A DNA stretch of 64,000 nt from an uncultured Rickettsiales bacterium. GTDB lineage: Bacteria; Pseudomonadota; Alphaproteobacteria; Rickettsiales; RI-342. The notes under the pieces are model-generated. The model saw only the letters and a program-made list of their open reading frames with translations, ran no database searches and had not been told where the DNA came from. This document shows, piece by piece, positions 9,183 to 17,992 of this stretch. How positions within the stretch are numbered: position 1 is the first letter of the stretch; each line of letters begins with the position of its first letter. The stretch lies in the NCBI GenBank assembly GCA_964538615.1, contig CAZIGK010000002.1, positions 72,655-136,654 of the forward strand, in the 5' to 3' direction. The translations under genes were made by a program, and so were the position numbers.

Positions 9183-11018
9183 CTACGCTTCCACAATATG
9201 CTCTGACCAGCGGCGGCTTAAGCCTTTCCGGTGTCGCTCTGAGCGGCGTTTAGGCAGCGTGAGGCATGGTAATTCCCGATGCGGAAAACTGCGAATTAAC
9301 GGCTCTATGTCCGTCGTCGGCTTGCCCAAATAATACCCCTGGCCAAATTCAACACCGCAATCTGCCAGAAAAAGTGCTACTTTTTCGTCCTCAATCATTT
9401 CACCAATGGTGGTGATATCCAGATCATTGCATAAATCAATCATCGCCTTGCACAGATGCATGCCACGGGGGCTGTTCAGACAATCGCGGACATAGCTACC
9501 GTCAATTTTTACGAAGTCAATTTCCAGTTTGCGCAAATAATCAAAGGAGGATTCGCCAACGCCAAAATCATCCAGACAACAGAGGTTACCGCTTTTGCGC
9601 AGTTGTTGTAAAAATTTATTGGCTACGTCCAAATCATGAATTTTAGCAGATTCCGTCACTTCAAAAATAATTTGCCGCCGTACAGTGTCATGCATGTCCA
9701 GAATACGCAGCAATGTATCCCGAAACAGGTCGCTACTAATGGAATTGCCCGAAAGATTTATGGAAATAAAAGGCTTGCGCCCAACCTCATAGGCTTTTTC
9801 CAGAATGCTGATGCTACGCTGGCACATGGCGAGGTCAAAATCGGCAATGATGCCAGCTTCTTCGCCAAAGGTAATGAACTGAAAAGGGTTTTGGAACTCT
9901 GTTTGCTCCTTAAAGCGTACCAACACCTCATAATGGTGCACACTGCGATCTTTCAGATCCGCAATCGGCTGAAACGCAACTTCAAAAGAGTTATCATGTA
10001 TTGTTTTTTTGAAGACGGTAATTTTTCGCACGGTTTCATCCAGCATAGCTTTGTAACCATCGCTTAAAGAGGCAAGGTCAAAATCTCCATGGTTATTCTG
10101 CGAAAAACGATTGATGGTATATTGAATGGCACGCGCACCATCTTGATGGCTAAGCCCCGGCGTATCCATCAGTAATGACTTCAAGCGAAACGAGGGCATA
10201 TCCCCACTTGCATTGGTGTGTTTTTCCGCAATAGCTTGAATATCTGTCAATATTTGACGCGTACTGAGCTGCTGGTCATGCAGCAGACCATACGTTCCGG
10301 TTTCAAAATTACCCGCCGCATCTTTTTCCAGCGCATGGCCTTTCAGGTAATGGCAAATTTCGTCTAACAAGGCTTCTGCCTGCTGCTGCGTGGCGTGTTG
10401 CAACCATTCTTCAATTTCCGGAAAATCCACCATGGTCAGAAGCACCGATTTTTCAGATCCCTGATGATGCTTCAGACACTCAATAGCCGCTTCCGCAAAC
10501 GCTTTTTCTTTTAACAAGCCACTGTAGAGATCACGCTTACCAATTTCTTCCACATTCATATCCGCCCGAAGTAGGCTGAAGGTGAGGAAAATATGGTTTT
10601 CCATATAGGGTAATTTGTAGCCAGAAACAGCAAAGGCCGAAACTTTATTATCCCTACCTTTCAGGCGGATTTTCAGTCGGTCTATCCGTTGCAGCATGCG
10701 CATCTGGGTCACCAGTTGCTCAGCATGCTTGCGGTCAGAATCATCAATAAAACCAAGTAGTGAGGCTTTTTTCATTTCCTGCGGCGAAACCCCAAGCAGA
10801 GATGACGTCGCACCATCCGCAAAAAGAATGTCCGCTTTATCATTGATTTCCAATAAAATATCCGCGCTAGCAAAAGCAAATGCCACAAATCTGTCTCTAT
10901 CTTGCCGCATGAGGGTCGCCATATCCACGCCGGTGCCGTGTGCCGTCATCTGGTCGTCTCCATCCCCGTTTTCGTTCCTTGCCAGTTCTTTGTTGCGAAA
11001 GGCCAATAAAAGCATCAT
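9183..11018 (-). CDS. PAS / degenerate GGDEF / EAL-domain protein (c-di-GMP phosphodiesterase type)
   Basis: EAL-domain motifs EVLVRF, FEVTES, DDFGVGESSF, KIDGSYV, GEMIEDE and GQGYYLGKP. No GG(D/E)EF motif is present in the middle domain. The N-terminal segment is PAS-like. The true start may be an internal Met. Confidence 0.8.
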   Translation of the reverse strand: MMLLLAFRNKELARNENGDGDDQMTAHGTGVDMATLMRQDRDRFVAFAFASADILLEINDKADILFADGATSSLLGVSPQEMKKASLLGFIDDSDRKHAEQLVTQMRMLQRIDRLKIRLKGRDNKVSAFAVSGYKLPYMENHIFLTFSLLRADMNVEEIGKRDLYSGLLKEKAFAEAAIECLKHHQGSEKSVLLTMVDFPEIEEWLQHATQQQAEALLDEICHYLKGHALEKDAAGNFETGTYGLLHDQQLSTRQILTDIQAIAEKHTNASGDMPSFRLKSLLMDTPGLSHQDGARAIQYTINRFSQNNHGDFDLASLSDGYKAMLDETVRKITVFKKTIHDNSFEVAFQPIADLKDRSVHHYEVLVRFKEQTEFQNPFQFITFGEEAGIIADFDLAMCQRSISILEKAYEVGRKPFISINLSGNSISSDLFRDTLLRILDMHDTVRRQIIFEVTESAKIHDLDVANKFLQQLRKSGNLCCLDDFGVGESSFDYLRKLEIDFVKIDGSYVRDCLNSPRGMHLCKAMIDLCNDLDITTIGEMIEDEKVALFLADCGVEFGQGYYLGKPTTDIEPLIRSFPHRELPCLTLPKRRSERHRKGLSRRWSEHIVEA

Positions 11019-11090
11019 AAAGTGGGAGTGTTTACTTACGGTTAATTTGCTGAAGATTAAGCGTTAATTTTAATAAAATTGGAGAGAATT

Positions 11091-11972
11091 ATGGTTAACA
11101 TCGCCCCAACCGCTGACAGCCGTTGCGCTATGGAAGCCACCATTGAGCAAGCGTGGGAGCAACGGATGCAGCTAACGCCTGCGACGCAGGGCGATGTTCG
11201 CGATGCTGTGAATACCGTCATTCAATGGCTGGATAGCGGAGTGCTGCGTGTTGCAGAAAAAAAACACGGGCAATGGCAAGTCAACCAATGGGTCAAAAAA
11301 GCCGTGCTGCTGTATTTCCGCCTGTATGATATGGACTTGATGTATGGTGGACCGGGACTGGAAGGCTTTCAAACCCCATGGTTTGACAAAGTGCCATCCA
11401 AGTTTCAGGGGTGGGGCTTGCAGGAGTTTCGCCAGGCGGGATTCCGGGCAGTGCCGGGCTGTTTTGTACGCAAATCCGCTTACATTGCCAAGGATGTGGT
11501 GCTGATGCCTTCCTTTGTTAATATTGGCGCTTATGTGGATGAAGGCACCATGGTGGATACCTGGGCAACGGTGGGGAGCTGCGCGCAAATTGGAAAAAAC
11601 TGTCATATCTCCGGTGGGGCAGGGATTGGCGGCGTGCTGGAGCCACTGCAAGCCGGGCCAGTCATTATTGAAGACCATTGTTTTATTGGGGCACGGGCGG
11701 AAGTTGCGGAAGGCGTGGTGGTGGAAGAAGGCTCTGTCTTATCCATGGGGGTATATTTGGGCGCCTCCACCAAAATTGTGGATCGCACCACAGGTGAGGT
11801 GTTCATCGGGCGTGTTCCCGCTTATTCAGTGGTTGTCCCCGGTAGCTTGCCGGGTAAAGTCATGGCCGATGGTAGCATGGGGCCTTCGCTTTATTGTGCC
11901 GTGATTGTCAAACGTGTGGATGAGCAAACACGTTCCAAAACCTCCATTAATGAACTACTACGCGCTGCTTAG
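11091..11972 (+). CDS. dapD: 2,3,4,5-tetrahydropyridine-2,6-dicarboxylate N-succinyltransferase
   Basis: N-terminal IEQAWEQR and left-handed beta-helix hexapeptide repeats ([39 protein letters not shown]). ATG 11091 is preceded by GGAGAG; the ORF track begins at TTG 11079. Confidence 0.9.
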   Translation: MVNIAPTADSRCAMEATIEQAWEQRMQLTPATQGDVRDAVNTVIQWLDSGVLRVAEKKHGQWQVNQWVKKAVLLYFRLYDMDLMYGGPGLEGFQTPWFDKVPSKFQGWGLQEFRQAGFRAVPGCFVRKSAYIAKDVVLMPSFVNIGAYVDEGTMVDTWATVGSCAQIGKNCHISGGAGIGGVLEPLQAGPVIIEDHCFIGARAEVAEGVVVEEGSVLSMGVYLGASTKIVDRTTGEVFIGRVPAYSVVVPGSLPGKVMADGSMGPSLYCAVIVKRVDEQTRSKTSINELLRAA

Positions 11973-12001
11973 TCGCTGTTCATCACGAAAATATCTATAG
12001 C

Positions 12002-12044
12002 CCATCCATTTCCCTGCCTTCAGGTAAAGAAAGGAAATGGATGG
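12002..12044. terminator. Stem-loop between convergent dapD and the HD-GYP-like gene
   Basis: CCATCCATTTCC (12002-12013) pairs with GGAAATGGATGG (12033-12044). The loop is 19 nt and there is no strong T-run. Confidence 0.35.
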
Positions 12045-12092
12045 ATGGCTATTGGTTGTCGTCCCGTTCCTGTTTTTTGTCGTGAGAGTGGC

Positions 12093-14240
12093 TTATTCCA
12101 TAATGTGCTTGCCGCGTTTGGCGACAACATTGGCTAATGCCAGCACCACCCGACGGTCGTAGCGGCTTTCCATCTCCTTTAGCAGCGTATTGATGGCTTC
12201 TTCACTGGTGAGTGCTTCCCGGAAGGCGCGGGGACTCACCATGCTGACAAAGGCGTTACAAGCAGAAATAATACGTGCGGTCAGCAGAATAGCTTCTCCG
12301 CACAACCCCAACACACCACTACCATCCCATAGTTCTTTGCATTGGCGTATGGTTTCTGCCACATCCCCTTCAAACTCGACATCCTGAAGCATATCTGCCG
12401 TCTCTACAATAGAATGGCGTATTTGCTGTAATTCCATGGCGGATAATGTACCCGGCTGAAGCAACAGCTCTTCCGGTACAAATATTTTACCCAAATTCAT
12501 CAGGTTACCCGCAATTTCCACCGTTTTAACCTGCTGCACTGGCAGTTCCATTTCTTCCGCCACATGACGCGCCAGTTTCGCCACACGGCCAGAATGCCCG
12601 GCTGTGAAAGGATCGCGGCGATCAATCAGGCGCATCAGGGTTTGCACCAATTGCTGAGAGAGGCGCTCTGTTTTTTCTTTTTCCTGTACCACCTCGGTAA
12701 TATCCTGTGCGACAACCAGCACGCCTTCTGTGGTATGGTCGGCTTCTCCGGTTGGGAAAGCCGCAATAGGGATATAGCTGGTGTGGTAAATTACCCGTTT
12801 CTCCTGCTCATATTGCTCCCATATACGCTGGCAGGGTTGCTGCTCATCTAGTACTTGCTGTACCTGAGGCAAATGACGTTGCGCTTCATGACTGCCCAGC
12901 ACAGCAAGCAGGCTTTTGCCCGCAATATCGTCCGCCTGTACCTGCAAGCGGGTCGCAAATTGTCGGTTGGCAAACAGGCAGGTACCGGAAGCTGTGGTGA
13001 GAAACATTTGTGCTGGCTCGTGAGACGAAATAGCATCCAGTGCGGCCTGATGCTCCGCTAAATGCGAGGCGAGCAACGCCACTTCATCCGCCCGTTGCAG
13101 AGTCATATGACGCCACCACCAGATAATGCCGCTTAACAGCAGGGTCAAAATAAGCCCTCCCGCCAGCACCATCCGCTGGATACGCAGGCTGGATTCCGCC
13201 AACATGCTACTTTGCGGAATCTGGCTGACCAGAAACCAGCCCGTTGCAGCAACCTGATGTGTCAGAGCAAAACTGCGCTCCCCCGTGTGGCTGTAGCCTG
13301 CCTTCAGGCGCCCCGGCTGTTGCAAGGCACGATACGCAGCCGTAGAAGAGGGAAGGTCAGGCCATTCCTGCAAGGCAGGACGACCCGATCCCCCAAGTAC
13401 CAGCATATGTTTGTCCGGCAGACGATACATCAGCTGATGGGTTAAGCCTGCTAAAGCACCTGCTGCGGGTTGCAGGTGCTTTAGCAATTCCTCTTCCAGT
13501 GGCTGAATCCCCAGTAACCAGCCGTTTTGATCCTCTGCACGGGGTAGCCCCTGCACGGTATAGACGGGAACAGCAAACAACAACACATGCTGCTTGCGAA
13601 ACATGACGTGATCCAGCACATGGGCTTCGGCCAAGGGCAGGCGGCGTAACTGGCTTTTCACGGCGTCTGGCAGAGGCTGCACCTGACGCGAAAAAATGAG
13701 CGGATTCCAATGCTTGTCATATAACCCAATGCCTGAAACATGTGTCTGGATAGGGGTGGGGTTATGCGGCAGCCCCATCTGCGATGATTCTGTCTCGAAT
13801 CCACCTTTGCTGGCTGCCAGTTGTAATTGCAGCCGCAGGTAGGCCAGTTCAGGTGAGCTATAACTGGTGTCAGGTGCACGGGTCTCTGTGGGGGTGATCT
13901 CTGGGGATGGTGTGGTGGCCTCTGCTGCTGGGGACGCGACATCCGGTTGCGGCAGAGCTTCCGAGAGGTAGAGGGTGAAACTATCCTGTCGGGCAAGGGT
14001 TTGCAGCACATTCATGCGGGAAGCCAGCCATTCTTCCAGATGCAGGCTGTGGGAATGGTTGACCGTATTCAGATAATCATAAACGGTTAGGCGATCCCGT
14101 TGATGCGCTTCCCGCATCAGGTAAGCCATGAGCGCCATGGCCAGCAGCGTCACCAGCAACAGCACGACCAATAACGTGCGTACCGTCGCAGGCATTTTAT
14201 GCAATTGGCGCAGGCTGAGCAGGGCACGGTAGCTGGGCAT
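12093..14240 (-). CDS. Membrane sensor: TM, ~300-aa periplasmic domain, TM, PAS, catalytically degenerate HD-GYP domain
   Basis: Hydrophobic segments VRTLLVVLLLVTLLAMALMAYL and MVLAGGLILTLLLSGIIWWW, followed by a PAS-like block. The HD-GYP fold is recognisable (DPFTAGHSGRVAKLA). However, LHDIGK reads LMNLGK and HHExxDGSGYP reads CKELWDGSGVL. Confidence 0.8.
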   Translation of the reverse strand: MPSYRALLSLRQLHKMPATVRTLLVVLLLVTLLAMALMAYLMREAHQRDRLTVYDYLNTVNHSHSLHLEEWLASRMNVLQTLARQDSFTLYLSEALPQPDVASPAAEATTPSPEITPTETRAPDTSYSSPELAYLRLQLQLAASKGGFETESSQMGLPHNPTPIQTHVSGIGLYDKHWNPLIFSRQVQPLPDAVKSQLRRLPLAEAHVLDHVMFRKQHVLLFAVPVYTVQGLPRAEDQNGWLLGIQPLEEELLKHLQPAAGALAGLTHQLMYRLPDKHMLVLGGSGRPALQEWPDLPSSTAAYRALQQPGRLKAGYSHTGERSFALTHQVAATGWFLVSQIPQSSMLAESSLRIQRMVLAGGLILTLLLSGIIWWWRHMTLQRADEVALLASHLAEHQAALDAISSHEPAQMFLTTASGTCLFANRQFATRLQVQADDIAGKSLLAVLGSHEAQRHLPQVQQVLDEQQPCQRIWEQYEQEKRVIYHTSYIPIAAFPTGEADHTTEGVLVVAQDITEVVQEKEKTERLSQQLVQTLMRLIDRRDPFTAGHSGRVAKLARHVAEEMELPVQQVKTVEIAGNLMNLGKIFVPEELLLQPGTLSAMELQQIRHSIVETADMLQDVEFEGDVAETIRQCKELWDGSGVLGLCGEAILLTARIISACNAFVSMVSPRAFREALTSEEAINTLLKEMESRYDRRVVLALANVVAKRGKHIME

Positions 14241-14288
14241 GGAAAATACGCCTGTTCTTTACGTTTCAGAAACTGCCGTCACTCTAGA

Positions 14289-14966
14289 ATGCACCCTATG
14301 AAGACGCAATCATTTCGAACCATAGCCATGCTTTTTTTATGCCCCACAATATATAGTGTCGGGCTTGGCATATTTTTGTTGTTTGCCATAGTGGCATCGC
14401 CCGTATGGGCGGCTTTTCCGACCTATTTTTCCGCTCCGCATCGGGAATCGGAAGATTTGTCTATTTTTAAAAAATGGGGCAGGGTGATGCATACTCACCC
14501 CAAAGATTTGCAAGCCGCCAGCCCCTTGTGCAGCAGCACGCAACTATGCCCGCCGGATATGTGGCAGCGGTATCTAGCTCAGCTACAGGGGCTTTCCCGC
14601 AGAGCGCAAATCGAACAGGCGCACCGTATGTTAAATCGCTCCGCATATATAACCGACATGGTGAACTGGGGAATGCAGGATTACTGGGAAACCCCGCTGG
14701 AGTTCATGCTGAATCAGGGCGATTGCGAAGATTATGCGATTGCCAAATACATGTTACTACGGGCAGCAGGGCTACCCGCAGAACAGATGCGCATTGTGAT
14801 TCTACAAGATATAAACCTGAATGAAATGCACGCTATTTTAGTGGTATCCCACGAGGGGAGGGCACTGGTGCTGGATAATTTTCAGCCTAACGTGGTGGAT
14901 AGTCGCCGTATTGTGCATTACCGCCCGATTTATGCTCTAAACGAAGCTAAATGGTGGCGGCATTAA
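14289..14966 (+). CDS. Periplasmic transglutaminase-like cysteine peptidase (BTLCP / LapG family)
   Basis: Signal/TM segment FRTIAMLFLCPTIYSVGLGIFLLFAIVASPVWA. Catalytic context is GDCEDYAIAKYMLL (Cys), NEMHAILVV (His) and LVLDNF (Asp). I prefer the start at ATG 14289 over the longest ORF start at 14199, which would overlap the divergent gene. Confidence 0.8.
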   Translation: MHPMKTQSFRTIAMLFLCPTIYSVGLGIFLLFAIVASPVWAAFPTYFSAPHRESEDLSIFKKWGRVMHTHPKDLQAASPLCSSTQLCPPDMWQRYLAQLQGLSRRAQIEQAHRMLNRSAYITDMVNWGMQDYWETPLEFMLNQGDCEDYAIAKYMLLRAAGLPAEQMRIVILQDINLNEMHAILVVSHEGRALVLDNFQPNVVDSRRIVHYRPIYALNEAKWWRH

Positions 14967-14987
14967 GCCATGCCTCACCCTATATCA

Positions 14988-15695
14988 TCAACATCCACCT
15001 AATACCGCCTCAACCTGACCCGCACGTGCCTGCTCATCGTGTGCTTTGGCCGCCTGCAGCAAATCAGAGTATTGGTGTGGGTTTAAAATGTTGCGCCCCT
15101 TTTCATTGGTCGCCGTCATCAGCAGGTTCATGGCCGGTTCAATCTCTCCGTGAATGACGACCGTCGTATCCGGACACAGCACGGCAGCGGCTTCATCCAC
15201 CTGCAGGCGACTGAACGGAGAACCCAGCGGATGAGTGGAAATACGTTGCTGCAACTGCGCGCGCACATGTGCCGCCAAATTCACGTCCTGCATATCAATG
15301 ACTAGCATACCATGCTCTTGATGGTATTGCATAGGATAGACGGGTGGTGGTGCAGTAAGCTGTGCAGTAAGGGACTGCACATGCAGCTTGGCCGCAGCAG
15401 CATCTTCTTGTGCTAGAAGTGTGTATCCCTCTGCCATCGCATGGGATAACGACAGGGCAGAAGCCACATCTACCACAGTTTCCAGATAAGGCCCTACAAT
15501 ATCCACCGTAAACTGGTTGTTGCCTTGCCCCTGTCTAATGACATAAGAATCATGCTTGAAGATATCCATTAGAGCAGGCGTCCATTTTTCTGCGTCTGCA
15601 ACGGTGTTAAATACCAAGCGTAGGCGATCGGCCTCCAGAATAATCATTTCCTGAAGATCGCGTGAGTGTGGAGTGGCAACGCCATGACCGAACAT
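14988..15695 (-). CDS. Hypothetical protein, no recognisable family
   Basis: 235-aa ORF that fills the gap between flanking genes without overlap. I recognise no motifs. Confidence 0.45.
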   Translation of the reverse strand: MFGHGVATPHSRDLQEMIILEADRLRLVFNTVADAEKWTPALMDIFKHDSYVIRQGQGNNQFTVDIVGPYLETVVDVASALSLSHAMAEGYTLLAQEDAAAAKLHVQSLTAQLTAPPPVYPMQYHQEHGMLVIDMQDVNLAAHVRAQLQQRISTHPLGSPFSRLQVDEAAAVLCPDTTVVIHGEIEPAMNLLMTATNEKGRNILNPHQYSDLLQAAKAHDEQARAGQVEAVLGGC

Positions 15696-15787
15696 AAATG
15701 TCTCTCTATTTGTGCATTCAATTAGGTTATGACGTTTATACCCCTCAAATATGACAAATACATGACAATACAGTGATTTTTTACGCT

Positions 15788-17065
15788 CTATTCTGAAAAC
15801 TCTTCTCGATCCGGAATGCGGGTAAAGGCAATGCGGGTACCGGAAAAACTTTTTCCCTGCGCAGGGAGCGTACCCATCAGAATTGTATCACGTCCGTATT
15901 TCTGGTTCAGCGCGTCCATGGCATGGGAAAGCTTTTCCGCACGTTCACGCGCTTGTTGTTCGCCCAGATGCAGGCTATCCAGCAGTTCTGGTTGCAGGCT
16001 TTGTGCAGGCACCAGCCCATGCAACAGAACGGAAACTTTCTTCAAACGGTGATGAGGATGCAAAGGGGACATCAACTCTTGCCAGGCGGATTCTGCGATA
16101 GCTAAGAGTGCCGGGGTATCCTGCACCCGTCGAAAGCGACGCTCCGTAGCAAAACGATGTCCACTTTCCAGACGGATAGAGAGGCTATAGGCACTGCAAT
16201 AATAGCCAAAGCGTCGCAACCGGCTGGCGGCCTTTGCGGTCAGGCGTCTGGCGACATGCCGCGCTTCTGGAGCTGGGCGTAGTTCCGGCGGCAGAACATG
16301 GCTATGCCCGACTGTGCGTTTTTCCGTGGCTGGTTCATCCAACCGATAGCCGCGCAGGTGATACCACAATCGTTCCCCCGCAACGGAATGCCAAATGCAA
16401 CGCATTTGTTTCGGGCTAAGCTGGTATAGCTGCGGTGTGGTAAAAACACCCGCTGCATACAGCCTGCGCGCCATGTTGCGGCCAATACCGGGAAAATCCT
16501 GCAGAGGCAGAGCAAGCAGGCGGGTTGGAATATCGTCGGGAGAGAGTAGGGTCAGGCCATCCGGTTTTTGCATATCACTGGCCACTTTAGCCAGATAGCG
16601 GTTGCTGGCAATCCCCACGGAGCAGGTGAGAGCATCGCCCACCCGTTGACGAATACCCTGTTTAATGGCCTGTGCGATACGCAACGCCTCCTCCGGTTGG
16701 CATTCATTATCCATTAATTGGCAGGCGACTTCATCAATAGACAAAACCGCACTCACCGGTATGTGGCGCTCTACCTCCTCAATAATACGATGATGATATT
16801 CTACATAGGCATCGTGGCGGGCAGGGGCGCAAATAATCTCCGGGCATAGGTGCCGGGCATCCCGCACGGAGGTATTGGTTTTAATACCCAACGCTTTTGC
16901 TTCATAGCTGGCGGCAATTGCACAGGTATACTCCGTCATGACGGGTAGCACAATTAACGGCCTGCCGCGCCATTCCGGTTGAAGCTGTTGTTCCACACTG
17001 GCGAAGTAACTATTCAGGTCCACATACAGCCAGCGTAGATCCTGTGGAGGGAGAGGGGAGGCCAT
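15788..17065 (-). CDS. Y-family (translesion) DNA polymerase
   Basis: LYVDLNSYFASVEQ (catalytic Asp region) and SIDEVACQL (Asp-Glu pair), with little-finger-type C-terminal region. The probable start is MASPLPP at 17065. Confidence 0.85.
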   Translation of the reverse strand: MASPLPPQDLRWLYVDLNSYFASVEQQLQPEWRGRPLIVLPVMTEYTCAIAASYEAKALGIKTNTSVRDARHLCPEIICAPARHDAYVEYHHRIIEEVERHIPVSAVLSIDEVACQLMDNECQPEEALRIAQAIKQGIRQRVGDALTCSVGIASNRYLAKVASDMQKPDGLTLLSPDDIPTRLLALPLQDFPGIGRNMARRLYAAGVFTTPQLYQLSPKQMRCIWHSVAGERLWYHLRGYRLDEPATEKRTVGHSHVLPPELRPAPEARHVARRLTAKAASRLRRFGYYCSAYSLSIRLESGHRFATERRFRRVQDTPALLAIAESAWQELMSPLHPHHRLKKVSVLLHGLVPAQSLQPELLDSLHLGEQQARERAEKLSHAMDALNQKYGRDTILMGTLPAQGKSFSGTRIAFTRIPDREEFSE

Positions 17066-17219
17066 GGAACCCGCGCATGATAAGCGTGTGAAGGGGAGTG
17101 AAACCGCATTATAGGACAGTCTTAAGCCGTACACCAGAGGATGCACAGAACAGAGTGTGTTTTCTCGTTGGCAGAGGAAGGGAGTGGGTTTATACTACTA
17201 GTATCTGTCTTAACAGGGC

Positions 17220-17606
17220 ATGCGGAGGCTTGTGATGCTGATATCCCGTTCTATCCACCGTTCACTCACCATACTAAGCCTGCCGTTTTTGCTGGCTGCC
17301 TGTGGCCATATTACCCCCATTGCCAAGGTGCAAAACCCACCCATGACACGCATTGCCGGTACTGTGGTGGATATGGAAGGGGAGAGCCTGACCCTGAAAG
17401 ATGATACCGGCACCATGGAAGTGGATATTGAAGATGCTAAAGGTATCTGCGGCCTGAGGCTCGGACAAAAAATTATCGTGGAAGGGGTGCTGGATTCCGA
17501 AGGCGATGAGTTTGAGGCCTATCGCGTCATGAACCCTAAGCCTTGCTGTAACAAAGGCAAAGAAGTGCCATGCCACAGCAAAGGCACCCGTAAGTCTGTT
17601 GAATAA
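17220..17606 (+). CDS. Small lipoprotein with an OB-fold (YgiW/BOF-like) core and a Cys-rich C-terminal tail
   Basis: Lipobox LLAAC. AGTVVDMEGESLTLKDDTGTMEVDIED...IIVEGVLD resembles BOF/YgiW-type OB folds. The tail reads KPCCNKGKEVPCHSKG. Confidence 0.55.
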   Translation: MRRLVMLISRSIHRSLTILSLPFLLAACGHITPIAKVQNPPMTRIAGTVVDMEGESLTLKDDTGTMEVDIEDAKGICGLRLGQKIIVEGVLDSEGDEFEAYRVMNPKPCCNKGKEVPCHSKGTRKSVE

Positions 17607-17992
17607 ACCTGCTGCCTTGGGGCTGCTCTGCATCAACGAACATCGACTGACGATGAGTGGAACGACGACACCGGCGTTGTGGACGCATGGTGTCGTGCCC
17701 ACATGTTAGGCTGTGAAGGCTTCTGACGGAAGGAAGAAATGACACAACCCTTCAAAGCAAACAACATCACGATGACAGAGAGAGAACGTCACAGGCTTTT
17801 TTAGGATAGCTGCATTGCTGTATGCGCTATCATTACGTACGCAAAGCGTTTTAAGATGAAATCCCCGATACAGAATAGTCTTATAATGTATATTATGGAA
17901 AATAATTATCCGCACCAGAAATCGCTACCGGATATCACAACCCCACGGACATCTCACATACCGCACAAATAAATATGATTTTTTTGAGCATC

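Noticed and set aside
17066-17219. SOS/LexA operator upstream of the Y-family polymerase
   Set aside because: I looked for an alphaproteobacterial GAAC-N7-GAAC direct repeat and for a CTGT-N8-ACAG palindrome. I found only GAACAGAGTGTGTTT, which matches neither. No call.
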